Source: Eledone cirrhosa (lineage: Eukaryota). Taken from it: a stretch of DNA of 64,000 nucleotides. The notes under the pieces were generated by a model that searched no databases, was not told where the DNA came from, and saw nothing but the letters and a program-made list of their open reading frames with translations. The position numbers and the translations under genes are program-made. Below, in pieces: positions 55,605 through 64,000 of the stretch (within the stretch, counting starts at the first letter, position 1; every line of letters begins with the position of its first letter). The stretch spans positions 193,688,001-193,752,000 of the forward strand of contig OZ024743.1 of assembly GCA_964016885.1 (NCBI GenBank). Direction: 5' to 3'.

Positions 55605-55895
55605 CGTAACAGGGCCCTGTGGATGAGCTGTTGGTGAACAACGGCACTGCATTCACCCAGAGGTCCTGAAGGAAATGTTGGATATGAGGAACGCGAACTA
55701 CTTTTTCAGAATGGCTTATAGGGCTAAGTGGAAATGAGTTTGTGGAGAGACACCATGGCACGATCAAGGCTATGTCGGAGAGGGGGTAAATCTCACTAAT
55801 TGAAGCAGTGATTTTGTTTAATATGTCGCCCCAGTCAGGCCGAGGAGTCAGTGCCACACAACGATATTCAGGTACGAATGGTGACATCCGTGTAC
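55605..55895 (+). pseudogene. Decayed Ty3/Gypsy-type integrase core fragment
   Basis: Frameshifted translation GPVDELLVNNGTAF...AYRA/GNEFVERHHGTIKAMSERG*ISLIEAVILFNMSP...RYEW matches the DNG and NG.VER.H.T.K integrase motifs. Confidence 0.7.
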
Positions 55896-56684
55896 GGTAT
55901 AACAGTGTGTGAATATAAATCAAAATACGACGACGGAAAAAATGATTTCATATTTCCAGTTAAACAAACCCGTAGGTTGCATTTACCTGTAATACAATTT
56001 ATTTTACACTTCTTTCTTACAATTCTCTCGTCACTTCCGTTTTCCTAGTTTTTCCTTTCCTTTAACCGCAATTTACTTCTAACTATCTTTTTTTTACTTC
56101 GTAAATTTAATACATAACCACAAATATCTTTCTTCGTGTTTGAATTGGTTAGGGGTATATTGAATATCGTAGTACTACGAAACTAAAGCAAGAGAGAGAA
56201 AAAGAAAAACGTATTTCACGCTCGCCTTGGAGATACACAAACTGTTGTGGTGGTTGCAACGAAGAAACAAAAGTCAAAATACCTTTAATGGAAACAAAAT
56301 TTTATTGAAAAGTAAAACTTTAAAGATTGGCTTTTCTTATACTGAGCCTGATTGAAAGACAGTTTGAATATATTTAGTTCTTTTATCACTAAAGTCCTTT
56401 GGGAAGAAAGGTACAAATATTTCGACTCCACAAATTCACCCGCTCTAAATATTTAACAAGAAGAAGGAAATCAATTTATTACAATGTGATTACATCAAAA
56501 GAAGGCGTAACGAAGAATTGAATTTACAGCGTTTCGCCCGTTTTTCTTTCTACGTTTACAATGATATATGGCTGCGAGATGTAGCTAATGAAAATGGCGG
56601 ACTCTCCCAGGCTGGTAATTATTGTTTTTACCACTGTTACCTTTGTCGAATCTTCGATATTTGTGCATTGGATTTTATGTCAAA

Positions 56685-56997
56685 CTCTCGATTCGTAGAA
56701 GTAGCGGCCCTACCTAGAACCGACTCTCTGATCTCCGAGCTATGTACCCTATCGAGTAACATTACTCCAAAGACCCTTCGGATGAACCCCATTTCGGCTG
56801 CTTGTATTCACAATCGTACTCTTTCGGTTATTACCCAATGAATCTTGGGTAATAACCGAAAGAGTACGATTGTGAATACAAGCAGCCGAAATGGGGTTCA
56901 TCCGAAGGGTCTTTGGAGTAATGTTACTCGATAGGGTACATAGCTCGGAGATCAGCGAGTCGTTCTAGGTAGGGCCGCTACTTCTACGAATCGAGAG
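56685..56997. repeat. Near-perfect palindrome: 154/153-bp arms, 6-nt loop TGAATC
   Basis: 56685-56838 is the reverse complement of 56845-56997, with one substitution and one 1-nt indel. Confidence 0.95.
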
Positions 56998-57253
56998 GTC
57001 ACAGCTTCGATACAACGGGTATGTGGTTAGAATGTATCAGGAAAGAATCGTTGGACAGATTTTATGGACAAAACCAACCGGCAAGAAGACTCAAAAGTAG
57101 ACCACGAGCAAGATAATTGGACAAGCTCAGTTGATCTCGTTTGGGGACCCAGCCGGATCAATTGGAGATGGTTGCTTCCGACAGGAGCCGTGGAAGGCGT
57201 GTCAGAGGACTCTGACCTCATGACCCTCTCAGGAATAAGTGAGAGAAGAAGAG
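56839..57253 (+). mobile_element. 5'-truncated RTE LINE, same family
   Basis: ESWVITERVRL*IQAAEMGFIRRVFGVMLLDRVHSSEI...; ends ACCCTCTCAGGAATAAGTGAGAGAAGAAGA. Confidence 0.88.
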
Positions 57254-57436
57254 TATTCGTCCCTCTTTTTTATATAAAAAAGAGAAAAGAAAAGAAACTG
57301 TAAGATGTGATTAACGAAGATTTGGTTAATTGTCTACTGTATCACACAAATCGATTGATTGCAAAGGTAATCCAGGCAAGTGGTCGATATATTGAATGGC
57401 GCATACAGACATTCTTAATTAAAAAGGTAGTCGGTC

Positions 57437-57650
57437 AGCCAGATTTTACGTGCAAAACCAACCGACAGGAGATCCAAGAGTAGACCCCGAGCAAGATGGT
57501 TGGATAACATCCATGAGCTTGGCTGGTTTCACTTGGGGATCCAGCCGGATTAGTTGGAGATGGTTGATTCTGACAGGACCCACTGGAGGGAGTGTTCGAG
57601 GACTCTTCCACCACGACCCTCTTAGGAATAAGTGGGCGAGGAAGAAGAAA
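57437..57650 (+). mobile_element. Short RTE LINE 3' fragment, probable TSD GGTCARC
   Basis: Same 3' end as the other copies. Interrupts a flank that is uninterrupted at ~37175. Confidence 0.78.
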
Positions 57651-58089
57651 ATGGTCAACTCTTTGAGAAGCAATTTTTAAACGTGTTTCAACATAGGTTG
57701 TAACCTTTGTATACGTTGCTAATGCCAGGTCCTCCGTACATCGTGTACAATTTACAAAATACAAGATTACATTGAAAAATGGTAACCGCAAGTGATTTCT
57801 GTCTAATTTGGCTAAATTTTTTGCAAGTCGAAAATTTGTTTATAACCACTAACTATATTTTAATGTTTAAAACATAAAAAGTAATTGAAGATATTTTTAG
57901 TTTACATTAACATTTAGCTATTTAAAGCCGAAGTACTATTTGAAAAAAAAAAAAAGTGTTTGAAATAGTCAAATAAAATGTTTTAAAAGAATATAATTGA
58001 AGTATATCAAACACAAAATTTTGCTTTAATTTCATTGTAAACATTAAAGCAAATGGCAATACAAAAGGCATTGCCAACTTCAGTAATAA

Positions 58090-58223
<134 letters not shown>

Positions 58224-58300
58224 ACCTGTTATTTTTCTCTAAAAACATTTTTCCAATTCCACCCCGCCCGTCCCTTCAATCTTTCTAATTTCTCATTCTT

Positions 58301-58336
58301 TCTTCTGATGAAGGACTAGCGACCGAAACGTTAAGA
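58301..58336 (+). ncRNA. Minimal type I hammerhead (Penelope-like element type)
   Basis: TCTT-CTGATGA-AGGACTAGCGACC-GAAA-CG-TT-AAGA. Stem I TCTT/AAGA, palindromic AACGTT stem III. Confidence 0.65.
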
Positions 58337-58412
58337 CCCTCTTCCTGCTATTTCAAGCGTTAACCTAATATATTCCTTCCATATACCAATTGTGTTGTTA
58401 TTTCTGTTTACC

Positions 58413-58471
<59 letters not shown>

Positions 58472-58824
58472 TATATATATAATGTGTATGTATGTATGTA
58501 TGTGTGTGCGTTTGTCTCCTTTATTTATTTACTAGTTTTAAAGACTAAAGCCCGAAATATTAAGTCGAAAAAGTAGTAAATAGATAAAAACTATAACACA
58601 TAATATGGTGACTGAAGTATTGAGTACTTTACTTTGTATCCATAACCCTTTCTCACGAACGGAATGTGTCCACACACACAAATACATACATATATATATA
58701 CACACACAAATACATACACACATATATATACATATACACACAAATACATAAATATATATACATATACACACAAATACATAAATATATATACACACACACA
58801 TACATATATACTGTATATATATAT

Positions 58825-58952
58825 AACTAGCTGTTGGAACGGCAAGAACTCAGCCGTCGGGGTCCCGACTCTTTATAATACAATCATACTCCAAGTATCG
58901 AGTACTCTGGTGAGAAATGGTCTTTCCAGTTTCAAACTGAATCCATCCTAAT
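58825..58952 (+). mobile_element. Hairpin-family member lacking the long left arm
   Basis: GGAACGGCAAGAACTCAGCCGTCGGGGTCC...CAAGTATCGAGTACTCTGG. Confidence 0.7.
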
Positions 58953-58978
58953 TTACACACACACACATATATATATAT

Positions 58979-59173
58979 ATGGGAAAAAGTATGACCCTCG
59001 ACGGCAGAGCTCATGCCGTTTCGACGGCTATTTCTGGATTCCAGAAATCGCCGTCGAAACGGCTTGAGCTCTGCCGTCGGGGTCATACTTTTTCCTATTA
59101 CCCACTCTACTACCCTAAGTATTGAGTACTCTCGTGCGTTATGGTCCATCTGGTTCCTTACATAATTCCTTCG
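58979..59173 (+). mobile_element. Second full copy of the fold-back hairpin element
   Basis: Hairpin 58982-59095 followed by the TTACCCACTCTACTACCCTAAGTATTGAGTACT tail. Confidence 0.85.
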
Positions 59174-59379
59174 TTATATATATATATATATATAACGGTG
59201 GATTGGCAGTATCAGTAGATGGTCCGGACGCCATGCTTTCCAGTATAGTTACGTCCCTTTACGATCGGAGTTCAAATCCCGCCGAGGTTGACTTTGCCTT
59301 TCATCCTTACGGGGTCGATAAAATAAAGTACCAGTAATGCACTGAGTAATTGCTGGCCTTGTGCCTAGAGTAGAAACAG

Positions 59380-59422
<43 letters not shown>

Positions 59423-61527
59423 GCCATATTTCGCGTGTGTAAATGCATTAAGTTTAATACCACGTTACTAAACTTTACTGAAATATAATTTCCTGTTACC
59501 CACACACAGAAGTGGAAAAGGAAGTCACACACACTCAATACATACATGCTCTTTACAACATGCTGTTTTTTGTACTCCCTTTGTTAAATTTATTGAAAAC
59601 ATTTTTGTCGCGGCAGACGACCACTAGACTCAATGAATGACTAGTATAAATTCACTTGCAAATGTACGGATACAGACAGGGAGACATAAATCCTGGAGAA
59701 GGGGTGGTGGTGATGGTGGTGGACAAAACAGGCCGAAATGATGGGGGGGGGGGAGATTTAGTGAGAAAGTTAGAGGGATATATATATATAGAGAGAGAGA
59801 GAGAGGGTGTAAGAGAAAGAGCATAAAAGTGACAAACGAAAATAGAAGTATGGTGGACGAAAGAGTGGAGAGTGGGGGAATTAGACACTAGGCTATGACA
59901 GCCAGAAGAAAAGGGACCGGGACTAAGAATAGGAAAGGGAGAAAAAAAGTTTTATAGGTAGTCAAGGAAACTGAAAAGAGTTGGGTCGCCTAAAGCCAGC
60001 CACCATACACCCCTCCAAAACACTTTCCACTCCCACTAACTAACATGCATCTCGAACAGGTTATTATCTACTTTAAATCTTTAAGAAACTAGCTGCTAAT
60101 TCTTAACGGTTTGAAGAAATAGGAGGAGGAAAAAAAGGAAAGAATAAATATTAAACGATTGTCAGGAAGTGGAATAGTAAACAGAAGAGTTAGACATCAG
60201 AATGAAAGATCCCTGACAATAATATAATAATAATTGTTTCTACTTTTGGCACAAGGCCAAATATTACCTAGTACATTACTGGTACTTTATTTTATCGACC
60301 TCGTAAGGATGAAAGGATAAGTTAATAATAATAATCGTGTGGTGGTATCACTCAGAAAAAAAAGAGGTTCCTATCTATCTATATCTCGCGAGTAAAACAG
60401 GAGACACGACTCTATCGCCTGTTATTTCTCGGTTTTAAATATATGTTCGCTGTAGCCCCTGCCTAAACAAATTATTATAGGGCGGTGGATTGGCAGAATC
60501 GGTAGAGCGTCGGACAACATGCTTCGCAGTATAGAGTTATAGCCTTTTACATCCTAAGTTCAAATCCCGCCGAGGTTAGCTTTGCCTTTCATACTTACGG
60601 GGTCAATATATTAAAGCACCAGTAATGAACTGGCGTCGATTTAATCGACTCTCCCCCCCAAAAAAATTTCTGGCTTTGTGCCTTAATAAGAAATCATTAT
60701 TATTATTATTAAAGAAATAAATTTTACTACAACTGCATCAGTTACAAAAGGATTTCGCAACTAAAATAACTATAAAAAGAGTTCAGGGAGAATACCCTCA
60801 CACGCCACAATAAGGGTCACTGGATCTTCCCTCTAATGATTTTTGAGGCAAACTAATACACTAGCAGAATTTCCAAGGCAAGCCTCCAACGACATTTTTA
60901 TGTTTAAAATTTTACTTTTACGTTTTCACTAGAAAAAGATCTCGCGTTAAACTCGCCAGTCTTGGGGGGGGGGGGGGGACCAAGGAAATAAATGGTTTCT
61001 GATTTAGCCACAAGGCCAACAATCCCGGGGGAGGGGAAAGTCGATTAAATCGACCCCCTCCAGTATGTTATTGGTGCTTTATTTTATCGATGAAAGGCAA
61101 AGCTAACCTCGGCGGTATTTGAACCAAGCGAATAATCAAAATATTTTGGAGTCTAGTTTCAGACTAGAAAAGAGCTTCTGCATTAAACTAATCAGTCGTG
61201 GAGAGCTTGTGAAGATCATGGCCATAATAACCTCTTCCTGTAGTCAGACAAAGAAAAACAAAATTAATAACTAAACAGCGTCACTTGTTATTTCTCTGTT
61301 CTAGCTATGTTGTTTGTTGTCCCTCATCCTGTTTCTGCCTTTTGTGGTTGTTGTTGTTTTAAATATATCTCGCGTTAATTTCACCACGTCATCTTCCAGT
61401 CAGACCAAAGAAAAAAAATTGATAATGAAAATATTTTGGAGTCTAACTTCCAACAACTACTAATTATGATGTTGGCTCATTTGTAAACAGCGACATATTT
61501 GTGCTAGAATCTGTAGAAACATGACAT

Positions 61528-62010
61528 ACTTCTTCTAATTCTTTGCCCACTTAATCTCGAGAGTCGTGGGGGAAGAATCCTCAAACATTCCTTTCAGCGG
61601 GTCCTGTCAGAAACAACCGTCTCCAACTGATTCGCCTGGATCCCCAAGTGTGACCAGCCAAGATCGTGGATGTTATCCAACCATTTTTCTCGGGATCTAC
61701 TTCTGCGTCTCCCGCCGGTTGGTTTTGCCCGTAAAATCTGTCCAGCGACATTCCTGAGACATTCTAACCACATGCCCATGCTATAAGCGAAGAAGCGGCT
61801 CTACGATCTCTGAGCTATGCACTCTGTTGAGTAACATTACTCCAAAGACCCTTCGTAGGAACCCCATTCGGCCGCTTGTATTCGCGATCGTATTCTTTCG
61901 GTCATTATCCAAGATTCATGACCATAGGTAAGGGTTGGCACGAATACCGAATTGAAGATAACGAGTTCGGTTTTTACGCCTACCTCCCCTCTACTGATTA
62001 CTGAATGCTT
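61528..62010 (-). mobile_element. 5'-truncated RTE-clade LINE (Rex3/Expander-like RT C-terminus and 3' end)
   Basis: SVFVPTLTYGHESWIMTERIRSRIQAAE...GQILRAKPTGGRRRSRSREKWLDNIHDLGWSHLGI, with a (GAA)-like tail. Confidence 0.88.
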
Positions 62011-63122
62011 GATAATGAAAATATTTAGGAGTCTAGCTTCTAACAACTACTAATTATGATGTCTTATTTGTAAACAGCGACATATTTGTGGTATTGTCTA
62101 TAGAAACAAGTCATACACCACTGATAATTAATCAACGAGTGAAAACGGAAGTGTAAATAATAAAGAGTGACGATACTGAATAACAGATTCTAATTTAGAC
62201 ACAAGGCCAGCAATTCTAGAGGAGAGGAAAGTCGATTAAGTTGATCCATGTACTGGTATTTTATTTTATTGATCTCGACATCCCATCCACCGTTAGAATA
62301 CCAGGATTTGAACTTAGAACGCCAAGAGCAGAAACAAATACTGCAAGCTAGTGATTCTGCCAACACACACTAATTGTCGAAATAAATATGAAGGCATATA
62401 TATGTGCATATCAATTGGTTTCTGATTGAAGCACAAGTAAATTTTCCAGCCCGCCCTTCTGTTGTTGTTTTAATAAATACTTTACCCCGTTCCTGCACCA
62501 GCCACTAGATACCACATCTACAATGGATGATTTGCATAACGTTGAGTGATTTATATATTTGCTGCATCATTGTTTACCAACCCGAACCACCGGTTGTACC
62601 CATTGGTAAACAGCCTAACATAAATGATACACACACACACCTGTATGATGAACTATGCTAAGTTAGTGATATTTCTAATATGTGTGTGTTGACTTAACCG
62701 TTTGACAAAAAGAAATCGATAAAATAAGTACCAGACAAGAACAAAAGAAAAAAGTAAAAAAAAGAAAAAAAGGATTGGGGTCTATATGAATGAGTAAACC
62801 CCTTCAAGTGGGTGTCTCAGCATAGCAATAATCAAATGACTGAAGTAAGTACAAGAATAAAAGAATATATAGCACATATATGATTATTTTTTCTAGTACT
62901 TAGTTATTAAGAAATATGGGTTCATGTGAAGAAAGAAATATCTGTTCATGTGTGTTGAGATAATAGAAATGAGCTACCAGGTATGGGCAGTTAGGAATAA
63001 GCTTGAAAAGAAAGACAAAACAAACAACAAAAACAGTCTTTAAGGACAACCTTTTGATCCTGACTACCATTAACATTTGTATCTAAAAATAATGCACCTG
63101 AATGACTCAAGTAGATACATAC

Positions 63123-63178
<56 letters not shown>

Positions 63179-63504
63179 TACATATACAAGCTAAATAAAA
63201 TGCAGGTGGGTGAACAGAGGATTATAGTATGAGTAAGGGAGATAGGTGAGTGTGTGGTCAGGGCAGTAGGCTTATGAACATCTGGAAATAAGCTTGAAGT
63301 AAAAAATGTGCAGGCTAAAGGAAGGAACGTGAGCTAACTACATTTGACTGGGGGAGGAGATGATGATAATAATAACTATAATTATGATGATGATGATGAT
63401 AATTAGGGGTCGGGGATTAAAAAGCACTTAATACTTCTTTCATCATTTCATATAGAACAAAACAAAATTGAAATGTTTAAGTTAAGGGTCAACAGAAAAA
63501 TAAC

Positions 63505-63992
63505 CTGGCACACCGTCGGTTACGACGATGAGTGTTCCAGTTGATCCGATTAACAGCAGACCTACCAACCTCTAAAACCCAAACGGGGAGTACCATAAAA
63601 AAATGCCCCAAAACGTGGACATGAGGCAAAATAGGGAGATTTTACACAATGAAAGCTATACCTATTTTCACAAGAGAAGACATCGCTCACCCACCCGAAA
63701 GTGGGTGGGAGATCTCCCTGTTGGACGAGGAGAGTCGACAGGTCTGGAACAGCCTGCTCGTGAAATTAACGTGCAAGTGGCTGAGCATTTTTCCACAGAC
63801 ACGCATACCCTTAACGTAGTTCTCAGGAAGATTCAGCATGACATAGAACGAGACAAGGATGGATCTTACCTTCGAATAACAGGGTATAACTCATTTTTGC
63901 CAGCTGAGTGGACTGGAGAAACGTGAAATAAAGTGTCTTACTTCAAGGACACAACGCGGTGACGCCGGGAATCGAACTCGCGACTTTATGAT
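63505..63992 (-). mobile_element. tRNA-derived SINE with a conserved central domain
   Basis: Reverse-complement B-box GTTCGATTCCC at ~63975; core CCTGCTCGTGAAATTAACGTGCAAGTGGCTGAGCA. Confidence 0.7.
63557..63746. mobile_element. 190-bp MITE-like insert within a SINE
   Basis: CAGACCTACCAAC ... GTCGACAGGTCTG inverted ends interrupt the SINE segment GATCCGAT..AAC|GGAACAGCCTGCTCGTG. Confidence 0.6.
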
Positions 63993-64000
63993 ATTACTTG

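Overview
AT-rich, microsatellite- and transposon-dense animal DNA. The SINE/MITE repertoire looks like an octopus (coleoid cephalopod) genome; this is inferred, not verified. No intact protein-coding gene is visible, and nearly all ORFs in the track are translations of (TA)n/(CA)n/(GA)n repeats. Most of 1-52 kb looks like long introns of a minus-strand gene: a possible promoter/first exon near 52.1-52.6 kb and small candidate exons at about 19.8 and 7.7 kb. The standout is an array of about 9.5 essentially identical 468-bp units (11944-16371) embedded in (TA)n. Each unit carries a type I hammerhead ribozyme with a palindromic, dimer-type stem III at the tip of a long rod, plus an octamer motif. 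This is the architecture of a non-LTR retrozyme / ribozyme satellite expected to yield 468-nt linear and circular RNAs. The array is flanked by an inverted, diverged relative and by an RTE-derived element. Also present: Penelope-type minimal hammerheads, a family of fold-back hairpin elements with co-varying arms, an internally deleted mariner, Rex3/Expander-like RTE LINE fragments (one with a near-perfect 154-bp fold-back, one with ~108-bp direct repeats), a decayed Gypsy integrase, TTAA and hAT MITEs, many tRNA-derived SINEs and a candidate recursive splice site.
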